From an uncultured virus (IMG/VR IMGVR_UViG_3300042549_007806) (lineage: Duplodnaviria > Heunggongvirae > Uroviricota > Caudoviricetes), in IMG/VR virus record IMGVR_UViG_3300042549_007806: 63,005 nucleotides of DNA; one strand, given 5' to 3'. A program made the translations under genes and the position numbers. This document shows positions 9,801 through 21,700 of the stretch, in pieces. The notes below the pieces were generated by a model. The model was not told the DNA's origin. It searched no databases and was given only the letters and a program-made list of their open reading frames with translations. The stretch's first letter is position 1. Each line of letters opens with the position of its first letter.

Positions 9801-12800
9801 CCCGAAGTCCCGTTGGTTCCATTAGTTCCTGATGTTCCTCGTGTCCCTGATGTTCCATTCGTTCCGCTAGTACCGTTAGTTCCCGATGTTCCATTAGTAC
9901 CGTTGGTGCCACTTGAACCATTCGTTCCCGATGTTCCATTAGTACCGCTCGTACCGTTAGTACCATTCGTTCCACTAGTACCGTTAGTTCCCGAAGTACC
10001 GTTAGTACCTGAAGTCCCATTAGTTCCATTTGTTCCTGAAGTACCATTAGTACCGTTTGTACCTGAAGTACCATTAGTTCCACTTGACCCGTTTGTCCCT
10101 GAAGTACCATTTGTCCCACTAGTTCCATTTGTTCCTGATGTACCATTGGTTCCATTTGTTCCCGATGTACCGTTTGTACCTGATGTTCCATTAGTTCCTG
10201 AAGTACCATTCGTGCCTGAGGTTCCATTTGTTCCGTTAGTTCCGCTTGTACCATTAGTCCCGTTTGTGCCTGATGTTCCATTAGTTCCGCTTGTACCATT
10301 AGTCCCGTTAGTACCATTTGTACCGGATGTTCCTCTTGTGCCAGAAGTCCCGTTCGTTCCGCTAGTACCGTTTGTACCATTCGTTCCTGAAGTTCCATTT
10401 GTGCCTGATGTGCCGTTAGTTCCATTGGTTCCCGAAGTTCCATTAGTACCTGAAGTACCATTTGTCCCGTTTGTACCGCTAGTACCATTAGTTCCCGATG
10501 TTCCATTAGTACCATTCGTACCTGAGGTTCCATTTACACCACTTGTTCCATTTGTTCCGTTTGTACCAGAAGTCCCATTAGTTCCACTTGTACCGTTGGT
10601 TCCACTTGAACCATTTGTTCCTGAAGTCCCGTTGGTACCATTTGTTCCTGAAGTCCCGTTGGTACCATTTGTTCCGTTAGTTCCTGATGTTCCATTCGTT
10701 CCGCTAGTACCGTTAGTTCCATTAGTACCTGATGTTCCGTTAGTACCACTCGTACCATTTGTACCGTTAGTTCCTGAAGTTCCATTAGTACCGCTTGTTC
10801 CGTTAGTTCCTGAAGTACCATTCGTGCCTGAGGTTCCATTTGTTCCGTTTGTACCACTAGTACCGTTCGTACCATTCGTTCCGTTAGTACCTGAAGTTCC
10901 GTTTGTACCGGATGTTCCATTAGTACCGCTAGTACCATTAGTTCCATTTGTTCCGTTCGTACCCGATGTTCCGTTCGTACCATTCGTTCCTGATGTTCCT
11001 CTTGTACCACTAGTGCCATTTGTTCCTGAAGTACCGTTAGTTCCGTTTGTACCTGATGTGCCGTTTGTTCCTGAAGTTCCATTGGTCCCGTTAGTTCCTG
11101 AAGTACCATTTGTACCGGATGTTCCATTAGTACCGTTTGTTCCATTGGTTCCTGAAGTTCCATTTGTTCCACTAGTTCCATTGGTACCGTTAGTTCCTGA
11201 AGTACCATTTGTTCCATTAGTCCCTGATGTTCCGTTAGTTCCAGATGTTCCATTTGTCCCGCTAGTTCCGTTTGTACCGCTAGTTCCGTTTGTTCCATTA
11301 GTCCCTGATGTACCATTTGTACCCGAAGTTCCATTAGTTCCTGATGTACCATTTGTGCCAGATGTTCCGTTTGTTCCATTAGTTCCTGATGTACCGTTTG
11401 TTCCTGAAGTACCATTCGTTCCGTTTGTACCGCTAGTACCATTCGTTCCTGAAGTACCATTCGTTCCACTTGTACCATTTGTACCATTCGTTCCGCTAGT
11501 CCCGTTTGTTCCACTAGTACCATTCGTACCGTTAGTTCCAGATGTTCCGTTAGTTCCAGATGTTCCGTTGGTTCCGTTCGTTCCTGAAGTTCCATTCGTA
11601 CCATTTGTCCCTGATGTTCCTCTTGTTCCTGAAGTTCCATTCGTACCTGAAGTTCCGTTAGTTCCGCTAGTTCCATTCGTACCATTTGTCCCGTTGGTTC
11701 CTGATGTTCCATTAGTACCATTCGTACCGCTAGTTCCATTTGTTCCTGATGTTCCATTAGTACCATTCGTACCGCTAGTCCCATTTGTTCCTGATGTACC
11801 ATTGGTTCCATTTGTTCCTGACGATCCATTAGTTCCGTTTGTTCCTGACGATCCATTCGTACCATTTGTGCCAGATGTTCCGTTAGTTCCACTAGTTCCA
11901 TTCGTACCGTTTGTTCCGCTTGTTCCATTGGTCCCGTTTGTTCCCGAAGTACCATTTGTGCCTGAAGTACCATTTGTACCATTCGTTCCGCTAGTTCCAT
12001 TCGTACCGCTAGTTCCATTCGTACCGCTAGTTCCGTTTGTTCCATTAGTCCCTGATGTACCGTTGGTTCCGCTAGTTCCATTTGTACCATTTGTCCCACT
12101 AGTGCCATTAGTTCCATTGGTACCGTTTGTTCCTGATGTTCCTCTTGTTCCTGAAGTTCCGTTTGTTCCACTAGTACCATTCGTACCATTTGTACCGCTA
12201 GTTCCATTTGTACCGCTAGTTCCATTTGTTCCTGATGTCCCGTTTGTACCGTTAGTTCCTGAAGTACCATTCGTTCCGCTAGTTCCATTTGTACCTGATG
12301 TACCATTTGTTCCTGATGTTCCGTTCGTACCGTTAGTGCCTGAAGTACCATTCGTTCCGCTAGTACCATTCGTACCATTCGTGCCTGATGTACCATTCGT
12401 GCCGTTCGTTCCAGAAGTTCCGTTTGTTCCATTCGTTCCGCTAGTTCCGTTTGTACCATTAGTTCCCGATGTTCCGTTTGTTCCGCTAGACCCGTTTGTT
12501 CCATTTGTACCTGAAGTCCCATTCGTTCCGCTAGTACCATTCGTACCATTTGTACCTGAAGTACCATTGGTTCCGTTTGTACCACTTGAACCATTTGTTC
12601 CGCTAGTACCGTTAGTTCCTGATGTTCCATTGGTCCCGTTTGTACCTGAAGTACCATTGGTTCCTGATGTTCCATTGGTCCCGTTTGTTCCGCTAGTGCC
12701 ATTCGTACCGTTAGTTCCCGATGTTCCGTTAGTTCCTGATGTACCATTAGTTCCATTTGTACCATTAGTCCCACTTGTTCCGTTAGTACCGTTCGTTCCT

Positions 12801-15688
12801 GATGTTCCATTTGTACCATTAGTTCCTGAAGTTCCGTTGGTTCCGTTTGTACCATTCGTACCTGAAGTTCCATTCGTACCATTAGTCCCTGATGTTCCTC
12901 TTGTTCCTGAAGTACCGTTGGTACCGCTTGAACCATTTGTTCCGTTTGTTCCCGATGTCCCATTAGTACCATTTGTACCTGAAGTACCATTAGTTCCGCT
13001 AGTTCCGTTTGTACCTGATGTTCCATTCGTACCATTGGTTCCTGACGTTCCGTTAGTACCATTTGTACCTGAAGTTCCATTAGTTCCTGATGTTCCGTTA
13101 GTACCATTTGTACCTGAAGTTCCATTTGTACCTGAAGTTCCATTAGTTCCAGATGTTCCGTTTGTTCCATTGGTCCCACTTGTACCATTAGTTCCGTTTG
13201 TTCCGCTAGTGCCATTAGTACCCGAAGTTCCGTTGGTTCCTGAAGTACCGTTCGTACCATTTGTTCCTGAAGTCCCATTCGTACCGTTTGTACCCGATGT
13301 TCCGTTTGTACCGTTAGTACCACTTGAACCATTCGTTCCGCTAGTTCCATTAGTTCCGTTGGTACCTGAAGTACCATTTGTTCCGCTAGTACCATTCGTA
13401 CCATTTGTTCCTGAAGTTCCTCTTGTCCCTGATGTTCCGTTAGTTCCGGAAGTACCATTTGTTCCGTTTGTACCCGAAGTACCGTTTGTACCCGATGTTC
13501 CGTTAGTTCCATTAGTGCCTGACGTACCGTTAGTTCCGTTGGTTCCGTTCGTTCCTGAAGTTCCATTTGTACCGTTAGTACCTGATGTACCGTTGGTACC
13601 ATTCGTACCGCTAGTCCCATTAGTACCATTGGTCCCGCTCGTACCATTAGTTCCTGATGTTCCATTAGTTCCGTTGGTACCTGAAGTTCCATTCGTTCCT
13701 GATGATCCATTAGTACCATTAGTACCGCTTGATCCATTTGTTCCATTCGTACCTGAAGTACCGTTAGTTCCCGATGTACCGTTAGTTCCTGATGTACCAT
13801 TCGTACCATTTGTTCCACTTGTACCGTTCGTTCCATTTGTTCCCGAAGTTCCATTAGTTCCACTAGTTCCATTAGTTCCGTTTGTACCATTTGTTCCTGA
13901 GGTTCCATTAGTACCGCTAGTACCATTCGTTCCGTTAGTTCCTGATGTACCATTGGTCCCGCTCGTACCGTTGGTTCCCGAAGTTCCATTTGTACCATTC
14001 GTACCTGAAGTTCCGTTTGTACCATTAGTACCTGATGTGCCGTTTGTTCCTGAAGTTCCGTTTGTTCCTGAGGTACCATTTGTGCCTGAAGTCCCATTGG
14101 TTCCGTTTGTACCCGATGTTCCGTTAGTTCCATTAGTGCCACTTGTCCCATTAGTTCCATTCGTACCGTTTGTTCCCGAAGTTCCGTTAGTTCCTGACGA
14201 TCCATTTGTGCCGTTAGTACCTGAAGTACCGTTTGTTCCGCTCGTACCATTAGTACCATTCGTTCCTGATGTGCCATTAGTACCATTCGTTCCTGATGTG
14301 CCATTTGTTCCTGAAGTACCGTTTGTTCCACTGGTTCCATTAGTTCCTGAAGTTCCGTTGGTGCCCGATGTTCCATTAGTCCCATTCGTTCCTGAGGTAC
14401 CGTTTGTTCCGTTTGTACCTGAAGTTCCACGAGTACCTGAAGTCCCATTAGTCCCCGAAGTACCATTAGTCCCACTTGTTCCATTAGTACCGTTCGTACC
14501 TGAAGTTCCATTAGTACCGTTCGTACCTGAAGTTCCGTTTGTGCCGCTAGTACCATTCGTTCCTGATGTACCATTCGTACCATTTGTACCTGATGTTCCA
14601 TTCGTCCCATTAGTTCCGGATGTTCCGTTAGTACCATTTGTTCCATTGGTACCTGAAGTACCATTAGTACCATTAGTTCCATTTGTTCCCGATGTACCAT
14701 TTGTACCGTTAGTACCATTTGTTCCTGAAGTTCCATTAGTACCGTTCGTGCCTGATGTACCATTCGTTCCGTTTGTTCCATTAGTCCCGCTAGTCCCGTT
14801 TGTACCATTAGTTCCATTTGTTCCACTAGTTCCATTTGTTCCTGATGTCCCGTTGGTACCATTCGTTCCGCTAGTTCCATTTGTTCCTGATGTACCATTG
14901 GTTCCATTTGTTCCTGATGTACCATTTGTACCGCTAGATCCATTGGTTCCTGATGTACCATCAGTACCTGAAGTACCTCTAGTTCCTGAAGTCCCGTTTG
15001 TACCATTAGTGCCTGATGTTCCGTTCGTACCAGATGTCCCATTTGTGCCTGAAGTTCCATTAGTCCCGTTGGTTCCTGAAGTACCGTTTGTTCCATTAGT
15101 TCCTGAGGTTCCATTTGTACCATTCGTCCCTGAAGTCCCATTCGTTCCGCTAGTACCATTTGTACCGTTGGTGCCTGATGTTCCATTAGTTCCTGAAGTA
15201 CCATTCGTACCATTGGTCCCTGATGTTCCATTTGTACCGTTGGTACCATTAGTGCCTGAAGTACCTCTTGTTCCTGATGTCCCATTAGTTCCGCTAGTAC
15301 CATTTGTGCCTGAGGTTCCGTTTGTACCACTGGTACCATTGGTACCATTTGTACCCGAAGTCCCATCGGCACCCGCAATGTCCCAATTTGATCCATCACT
15401 TTGTACGGTTATTGAGCCATATTGTGTTAAAGTTTTTGTTGAGCTACCATCTATAGTTTGACCTCCTGTTGTTGCAAGAGTAATTGTTCCTGATCCACTA
15501 TTTTTGATGACAAAAATTTGTCCCGCAATACCAACAGATGTCGGTAAGGTGACCGTAAATGTACCTGTGGTACAATCTACAAGATAATTACTTCGATTAA
15601 TTGTGTATGTCGTGGTAACCGCACTATACGGAAATAATACCCCACCTAAAGATTTGACCCCATTACGGGCTACGAATTCATTTGACAT
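6803..15688 (-). CDS. Giant collagen-like fibre protein (2961 aa): G-T-[N/S] repeats plus GAQGAT/GPQ collagen and globular end domains
   Basis: Gly at every third residue over ~2650 aa; unique N-terminal (~105 aa) and C-terminal (~185 aa) domains; ATG start. Confidence 0.85.
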   Translation of the reverse strand: MSNEFVARNGVKSLGGVLFPYSAVTTTYTINRSNYLVDCTTGTFTVTLPTSVGIAGQIFVIKNSGSGTITLATTGGQTIDGSSTKTLTQYGSITVQSDGSNWDIAGADGTSGTNGTNGTSGTNGTSGTNGTSGTNGTSGTRGTSGTNGTNGTNGTSGTNGTNGTSGTNGTSGTNGTNGTSGTNGTSGTNGTNGTSGTNGTNGTSGTNGTNGTSGTNGTSGTNGTSGTNGTNGTSGTRGTSGTDGTSGTNGSSGTNGTSGTNGTNGTSGTNGTSGTNGTNGTSGTNGTSGTNGTNGTNGTSGTNGTNGTNGTSGTNGTNGTSGTNGTNGTNGTSGTNGTNGTNGTSGTNGTNGTNGTSGTNGTNGTSGTNGTNGTSGTNGTSGTNGTSGTNGTNGTSGTNGTNGTSGTNGTSGTNGTSGTRGTSGTNGTNGTSGTNGTNGTSGTNGTSGTNGTSGTNGTSGTNGTSGTNGTNGTSGTNGTNGTSGTNGTSGTNGTNGSSGTNGTSGTNGTNGTNGTSGTNGTNGTSGTNGTNGTSGTNGTSGTNGTSGTNGTSGTNGTNGTSGTNGTNGTSGTNGTSGTNGTSGTNGTNGTSGTNGTSGTNGTNGTNGTSGTNGTSGTNGTNGTSGTNGTNGTSGTNGTSGTNGTSGTNGTNGSSGTNGTNGSSGTNGTSGTNGTNGTSGTNGTSGTNGTNGTSGTNGTNGTSGTNGTNGTSGTNGTNGTNGTSGTNGTNGTSGTNGTSGTNGTNGTSGTNGTSGTRGTSGTNGTNGTSGTNGTSGTNGTNGTSGTNGSSGTNGTNGTSGTNGTNGTSGTNGTNGTSGTNGTSGTNGTSGTNGTNGTSGTNGTNGTSGTNGTSGTNGTSGTNGTNGTSGTNGTSGTNGTNGTSGTNGTNGTSGTNGTSGTNGTSGTNGTNGTSGTNGTNGSSGTNGTSGTRGTSGTNGTNGTSGTNGTNGTNGTSGTNGTNGTSGTNGTNGTSGTNGTNGTNGTSGTNGTSGTNGTNGTSGTNGTNGTSGTNGTSGTNGTNGTSGTNGTSGTNGSSGTNGTNGTSGTNGTNGTSGTNGTSGTNGTNGSSGTNGTSGTNGTNGTSGTNGTNGTSGTNGTNGTSGTNGTNGTSGTNGTSGTNGTNGTSGTNGTSGTNGTSGTNGTSGTNGTNGTSGTNGTSGTNGTSGTNGTNGTSGTNGTSGTRGTSGTNGTNGTNGTSGTNGTNGTSGTNGTSGTNGTNGTSGTNGTSGTNGTSGTNGTNGTSGTNGTSGTNGTNGTSGTNGTNGTSGTNGTSGTNGTNGSSGTNGTNGSSGTNGTNGTSGTNGTSGTNGTNGTSGTNGTSGTNGTNGTSGTNGTNGTNGTSGTNGTSGTNGTSGTRGTSGTNGTNGTSGTNGTNGTSGTNGTSGTNGTNGTSGTNGTSGTNGTNGTSGTNGTSGTNGTSGTNGTNGTSGTNGTSGTNGTNGTSGTNGTSGTNGTSGTNGTSGTNGTNGTSGTNGTSGTNGTSGTNGTSGTNGTNGTSGTNGTNGTSGTNGTSGTNGTNGTNGTSGTNGTSGTNGTNGTSGTNGTSGTNGTNGTSGTNGTSGTRGTSGTNGTNGTSGTNGTNGTNGTSGTNGTSGTNGTSGTNGTNGTNGTSGTNGTNGTSGTNGTSGTNGTSGTNGTSGTNGTNGTSGTNGTSGTNGTNGTSGTNGTSGTNGTNGTNGTSGTNGTNGTSGTNGSSGTNGTSGTNGTSGTNGTNGTSGVNGTSGTNGTNGTSGTNGTSGTNGTNGTSGTNGTSGTNGTNGTSGTNGTSGTNGTNGTSGTNGTSGTRGTSGTNGTNGTNGTSGTNGTSGTNGTNGTSGTNGTNGTSGTNGTSGTNGTSGTNGTSGTNGTNGTSGTNGTSGTNGTSGTNGSSGTNGTSGTNGTNGTSGTNGTNGTSGTNGTSGTNGTSGTNGTNGTSGTNGTSGTNGSSGTNGTNGTSGTNGTSGTNGTSGTRGTSGTNGTNGTSGTNGTSGTNGTNGTSGTNGTNGTNGTSGTNGTSGTNGTNGTSGTNGTNGTSGTNGTSGTNGTSGTNGTSGTNGTNGTSGTNGTSGTNGTSGTRGTSGTNGTNGTSGTNGTNGTSGTNGTNGTSGTNGTSGVSGLNGTNGTSGTNGTSGVNGAQGATGPQGAQGATGPQGAQGAAGTSGTNGTSGVNGAQGATGPQGAQGAVGAQGATGPQGAQGPTGPQGAQGAAGTSGTNGTNGTSGTNGTNGTSGTNGTNGTSGTNGTNGTSGTNGTSGTNGTNGTSGTRGTSGTNGTNGTSGTNGTNGTNGTSGTNGTNGTSGTNGTSGTNGTSGTNGTSGTNGTSGTNGTNGTSGTNGTNGTSGTNGTSGTNGTNGTSGTNGTSGTNGTSGTNGTNGTNGTNGTSGTNGTNGTSGTNGTSGTRGTSGVNGAQGATGAQGAAGTSGTNGTSGVNGAQGATGAQGATGAQGAAGTSGTNGTSGVNGAQGATGAQGATGAQGAAGTSGTNGTSGVNGAQGATGAQGATGAQGATGAQGAAGTSGTNGTSGVNGAQGATGAQGATGAQGAAGTSGTNGTSGVNGAQGATGAQGATGAQGAAGTSGTNGTSGVNGAQGATGAQGATGAQGAAGTSGTNGTSGTRGTSGVNGAQGATGAQGATGAQGATGAQGAAGTSGTNGTSGVNGAQGATGAQGATGGPGPQGAQGATGAQGATGGPGPQGAQGATGGPGPQGAQGATGGPGPQGAQGATGAQGATGGPGPQGAQGATGGPGPQGAQGATGGPGPQGAQGPTGPAGLGATGAQGAQGATGGPGPQGAQGAQGAGFTSISPTTANNILVANGTSNSANSSAAFTINTGANLFRANTSSTTLLEGEWRLATDPTTLMTIDDYYGELVTFGGSGTSTKYNVYYWTSGSAWALADADSSATAQGLLGMAIGVQFNSGMMLRGYAYRSAWNWTPGQVLYLSTTDGDITSTQPSGTSDIVRVVGYAISADIIYFNPSQDWIELV
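7360..15365 (-). repeat. 9-bp-period coding repeat (GTN/GTS triplets) with collagen GAQ/GAT/GPQ blocks at ~7360-8540 and ~9130-9350
   Basis: Recurring gttcc/gtacc 9-mers visible on the + strand. Confidence 0.95.
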
Positions 15689-15797
15689 CTATTTTTTCTT
15701 TTTTCCCTCTCCAAAAGAAAACCCTTTGATTTATGTTTTATAGATAAATATTACCTGAGTAAAGTTTATCCACCAAAAAGAAAAATTAAATAATTAT

Positions 15798-18700
15798 TTA
15801 GAATATAATTCTTGTTGAAACAAGTATAGTCCATGTTCCTCCACCTATAGCGCAAGCTAATTCGACACTACCACCAGAAACCTGAACTTTCCAAACAAAA
15901 TTTGCCGTGGAACCACCCAAATCAGGACTTGATACATCGGTACCATCCCCATTCGTGTTATTCCATACTGCGTACACTTGACCTATCCTTTTTGCTCCAC
16001 CATTTTCAGTAACACAATATTCAAATATAGCACCACACCCAATATCAGTACCGTAAGATTCAACAACTTGTCCAGAAGAGATATTCGTCAAACTTGTTGT
16101 ATTAACTAAACTGTGTGTAGAATTAAGAGTTAAAGTACCATCAGATCCGTTATATGTAAATCCAGATTCAGCAACAATATTACCAGACCCATCCGAAGTT
16201 AGTACCTCGTTGTCAGCCCCAGGAACTATAGGTGTAGTACCACTTGTTCCATTCGTTCCGTTAGTTCCTGATGTACCGTTAGTCCCGCTAGTTCCATTTG
16301 TTCCAGAAGTACCATTAGTTCCTGATGTTCCATTAGTCCCTGAAGTTCCGTTTGTACCTGAAGTACCATTCGTACCGTTAGTACCTGATGTACCATTAGT
16401 TCCCGATGTCCCGTTAGTCCCGTTTGTTCCCGAAGTACCATTCGTACCGCTAGTTCCGTTAGTTCCACTCGTACCATTCGTACCGCTAGTTCCATTTGTT
16501 CCGTTAGTTCCACTCGTACCATTCGTACCGCTAGTTCCATTTGTTCCGTTAGTTCCACTCGTACCATTCGTACCATTGGTACCGCTAGTCCCATTTGTCC
16601 CACTAGTTCCGTTCGTCCCATTAGTCCCGTTAGTACCTGAAGTACCATTTGTACCATTTGTTCCAGAAGTACCGTTTGTACCTGATGTTCCGTTGGTTCC
16701 ATTTGTTCCGTTTGTTCCTGAAGTACCGTTTGTACCGTTGGTTCCACTTGTCCCATTAGTCCCTGAGGTTCCATTTGTACCATTTGTTCCAGAAGTACCG
16801 TTTGTACCTGATGTACCATTTGTTCCCGAAGTACCATTAGTACCGTTTGTTCCTGATGTTCCGTTAGTACCGTTGGTACCACTAGTTCCATTAGTCCCTG
16901 AGGTTCCGTTAGTTCCATTCGTTCCGCTAGTTCCATTCGTTCCGCTAGTTCCGTTTGTACCTGATGTTCCGTTTGTTCCATTAGTTCCTGAAGTTCCATT
17001 CGTTCCGCTAGTTCCGTTTGTACCATTCGTCCCTGAAGTTCCATTGGTACCTGAGGTACCGTTTGTCCCATTCGTTCCGCTAGTACCATTAGTTCCTGAT
17101 GTTCCGTTAGTTCCATTCGTTCCTGATGTACCATTTGTTCCATTAGTCCCTGACGTTCCGTTTGTACCATTTGTACCTGACGATCCATTAGTCCCTGAAG
17201 TTCCGTTTGTACCTGATGTACCGTTTGTACCATTCGTCCCTGAAGTTCCATTGGTTCCACTTGAACCATTTGTTCCGTTAGTTCCTGAAGTACCGTTAGT
17301 ACCGTTCGTTCCCGATGTTCCGTTTGTTCCACTAGTACCATTAGTTCCTGAAGTCCCATTCGTTCCGTTTGTACCTGATGTTCCGTTTGTTCCATTAGTT
17401 CCTGAAGTACCGTTAGTACCCGATGTTCCGTTTGTTCCTGATGTTCCATTTGTACCTGAAGTACCATTAGTTCCATTTGTACCTGAAGTTCCATTAGTAC
17501 CTGATGTTCCATTAGTACCATTTGTTCCTGAAGTTCCATTAGTACCATTTGTTCCTGAAGTTCCGTTAGTACCTGAAGTACCATTAGTTCCGTTAGTTCC
17601 TGACGTTCCGTTCGTTCCTGATGTACCATTAGTTCCTGAAGTTCCATTCGTACCGTTAGTTCCGCTAGTACCATTCGTACCGCTTGTTCCGTTAGTCCCC
17701 GAAGTTCCATTGGTTCCATTAGTACCTGATGTTCCATTAGTACCTGATGTTCCGTTTGTACCTGATGTTCCATTTGTACCATTAGTCCCACTTGTACCGT
17801 TTGTACCATTTGTCCCGCTAGTTCCATTAGTACCTGAAGTTCCGTTTGTTCCTGAAGTTCCATTAGTACCGTTAGTTCCTGACGTTCCGTTAGTTCCGTT
17901 TGTTCCCGATGTTCCATTAGTACCATTTGTTCCACTTGTGCCGTTAGTACCGTTAGTTCCTGAAGTACCATTTGTTCCGCTAGTTCCGTTAGTACCATTC
18001 GTTCCACTAGTACCATTAGTTCCGTTTGTTCCCGATGTTCCATTCGTTCCACTAGTACCATTAGTTCCCGAAGTACCATTAGTACCATTAGTTCCTGATG
18101 TTCCATTTGTACCTGAGGTTCCATTTGTTCCATTTGTTCCGCTAGTGCCGTTTGTACCTGAAGTTCCGTTAGTTCCTGAAGTTCCATTTGTACCATTTGT
18201 ACCGCTAGTTCCATTTGTCCCATTCGTACCTGAGGTACCATTTGTTCCACTTGTACCATTTGTTCCATTTGTACCTGAAGTGCCGTTTGTTCCGTTGGTT
18301 CCTGAAGTTCCGTTTGTCCCATTGGTACCATTTGTTCCTGAAGTTCCGTTTGTACCTGAAGTACCATTAGTTCCACTCGTACCATTAGTTCCCGATGTTC
18401 CATTGGTGCCGTTAGTCCCATTCGTTCCACTAGTTCCGTTAGTTCCATTTGTACCTGATGTGCCGTTAGTACCATTTGTTCCAGAAGTCCCGTTAGTACC
18501 TGAAGTACCATTAGTCCCGTTAGTACCAGAAGTTCCGTTTGTACCACTAGTTCCATTAGTTCCACTAGTTCCATTAGTTCCATTAGTTCCACTAGTTCCT
18601 GAAGATCCATTTGTACCATTAGTACCTGAAGTTGATGTGTAAGCAACCGCAGCAACTCCGATGTTCTTGATAGTTACTATAATTGATGGTGCCGCAGGTG

Positions 18701-21700
18701 CTATGTAAGGTGATGTTTGAGCCGCCTCCGCTGTCAATTGGACATCTTCTGAAGTACTAGCAAAAACTAATTCCAAGTAATCATTTTGTTGTAAATCAGC
18801 CACGATCGAAACAAATGGTAATTGTTTGACGCTATTAGACACTAATCCTAAAATACTATCAGTTCTTATTATATTAGTACCATTTTTTCTAACAAAGAAA
18901 TCCACATCTACAGCAGCACCCCCTTGATTTTTTTCAACTTGGGGGGAAAAACTGAATTCATATATACCTGAGTATTGTACAGTTACCCTACTTCCGCTCA
19001 CAACCGAAATACCATTCTCAATTTCAACCGTATTGTATGTTACAACCGTAGGGGTATTTGCCCCTGAAACTTGTTGTGTTAAACTACTACTATATTGGGC
19101 ATAATAGTTAGCAACCCCCGCACCACTACTTCCTGAAGTCCCATTTGTCCCGCTAGTTCCGTTCGTACCATTAGTCCCTGAAGTTCCGTTTGTACCATTA
19201 GTCCCTGAAGTTCCATTAGTCCCTGAAGTACCATTTGTACCGTTAGTTCCGCTAGTTCCATTTGTACCATTGGTCCCGTTCGTACCTGATGTTCCATTTG
19301 TTCCGCTAGTTCCATTTGTTCCGCTAGTACCGCTAGTTCCATTTGTTCCGCTAGTACCGTTAGTTCCATTCGTTCCTGAAGTCCCATTTGTACCGCTTGA
19401 TCCATTAGTACCCGATGTTCCATTGGTTCCGTTCGTTCCGCTCGTACCATTTGTTCCACTTGAACCATTGGTTCCATTTGTTCCGCTAGTACCATTAGTT
19501 CCTGAGGTTCCGTTCGTTCCGTTAGTACCACTTGTACCATTTGTTCCGTTAGTACCTGAAGTTCCGTTCGTTCCACTAGTTCCATTTGTACCATTCGTTC
19601 CACTCGTACCGTTAGTACCCGAAGTACCATTTGTTCCATTGGTTCCGCTCGTACCGTTAGTACCTGAAGTTCCATCTGTTCCGTTGGTTCCTGAAGTTCC
19701 ATTAGTACCACTTGACCCATCTGTTCCATTAGTTCCTGATGTTCCGTCTGTACCATTAGTCCCTGAAGTACCATTTGTTCCACTTGACCCATCCGTACCA
19801 TTAGTTCCGCTGGTTCCGTCGCTACCACTAGTACCATCTGTTCCGTTTGTTCCTGAAGTTCCGTCAGTTCCCGACGTTCCATTAGTTCCGTCAGTACCGC
19901 TAGTACCATCTGTTCCGTTAGTTCCTGAAGTTCCATTAGTCCCATTTGTACCTGAAGTTCCGTTGGTACCATTCGTACCGCTAGTTCCATTCGTACCATT
20001 TGTACCACTACTTCCATCCGTACCGCTAGTTCCATCGGTACCATTAGTTCCGTTTGTACCATTCGTTCCTGACGTTCCATCCGTTCCTGACGTTCCATCC
20101 GTACCTGAAGTTCCATCTGTCCCTGAAGTTCCATCCGTTCCGTTTGTTCCACTTGTACCATCCGTTCCGTTAGTACCTGAAGTACCATCTGTTCCGCTTG
20201 AACCATCCGTTCCATTAGTACCTGATGTTCCGTCTGTACCGTTGGTTCCTGAAGTTCCATCTGTACCATTTGTACCTGAAGTACCATCCGTACCATCCGT
20301 ACCATTTGTTCCGCTAGTTCCATCTGTTCCGCTAGTACCATCCGTACCATTAGTTCCTGAAGTTCCATTCGCACCATTAGTCCCATTTGTACCATTAGTC
20401 CCGCTTGTACCATTTGTACCATTAGTCCCGCTTGTACCATTTGTACCTGATGTTCCGTTTGTACCTGAAGTACCGTTAGTTCCATTTGTTCCGTTAGTAC
20501 CCGAAGTTCCGTTGGTGCCACTTGTACCATTGGTTCCATTTGTACCAGAAGTCCCATTTGTTCCACTAGTACCATTAGTCCCTGAAGTACCGTTTGTACC
20601 GTTAGTTCCACTTGTGCCGTTCGTACCTGAAGTTCCATTAGTACCGTTTGTACCTGATGTTCCATTCGTACCGTTAGTACCTGAAGTACCATTTGTTCCT
20701 GATGTTCCATTGGTTCCTGATGTACCGTTAGTACCATTTGTTCCTGAGGTTCCATTGGTTCCGGATGTTCCGTTTGTTCCGCTAGTACCATTCGTTCCGT
20801 TAGTACCTGATGTCCCGTTTGTCCCATTTGTACCTGATGTTCCATTTGTACCACTAGTACCGTTTGTACCTGAAGTTCCGTTAGTTCCATTAGTTCCGCT
20901 AGTACCATTAGTCCCTGATGTCCCATTTGTACCATTACTTCCCGATGTTCCATCGGTCCCGCTAGTACCATTAGTTCCAGAAGTTCCGTCGGTACCGCTC
21001 GACCCTGAAGTTCCTGATGTGCCGTCTGTTCCTGAGGATCCACTTGTTCCGCTAGTACCATCCGTACCACTAGAACCTGATGTTCCACTTGTGCCATCGG
21101 TACCGCTTGATCCTGAAGAACCTGATGTTCCACTTGTTCCGTCAGTACCTGAAGAACCGCTTGTGCCGCTTGAACCAGATGTCCCTGATGTACCGTCTGT
21201 TCCGCTAGAACCTGAAGTTCCACTTGTACCGTCAGTACCGCTCGACCCTGAAGTTCCTGATGTGCCGTCTGTTCCTGAGGACCCACTTGTTCCGCTAGAA
21301 CCTGATGTCCCGCTAGAACCTGATGTCCCGCTAGTTCCGTCAGTTCCTGAAGATCCACTTGTTCCACTAGTACCATCTGTACCTGAAGATCCGCTCGTCC
21401 CATTAGTACCATCTGTTCCTGAAGTTCCATCCGTACCTGAAGTACCATCTGTTCCTGAAGTACCATCTGTTCCACTTGTCCCGTCTGTTCCGTTAGTACC
21501 TGAAGAACCACTAGTGCCATCCGTACCATTTGTTCCTGATGAACCACTAGTTCCATCAGTTCCGCTTGAACCCGAAGTTCCGTTAGTACCATCCGTACCG
21601 CTTGTTCCACTAGTCCCATCTGTTCCGCTAGAACCAGATGTTCCATCTGTGCCTGAAGACCCATTTGTCCCATCAGTACCTGAGGTTCCACTTGACCCAC

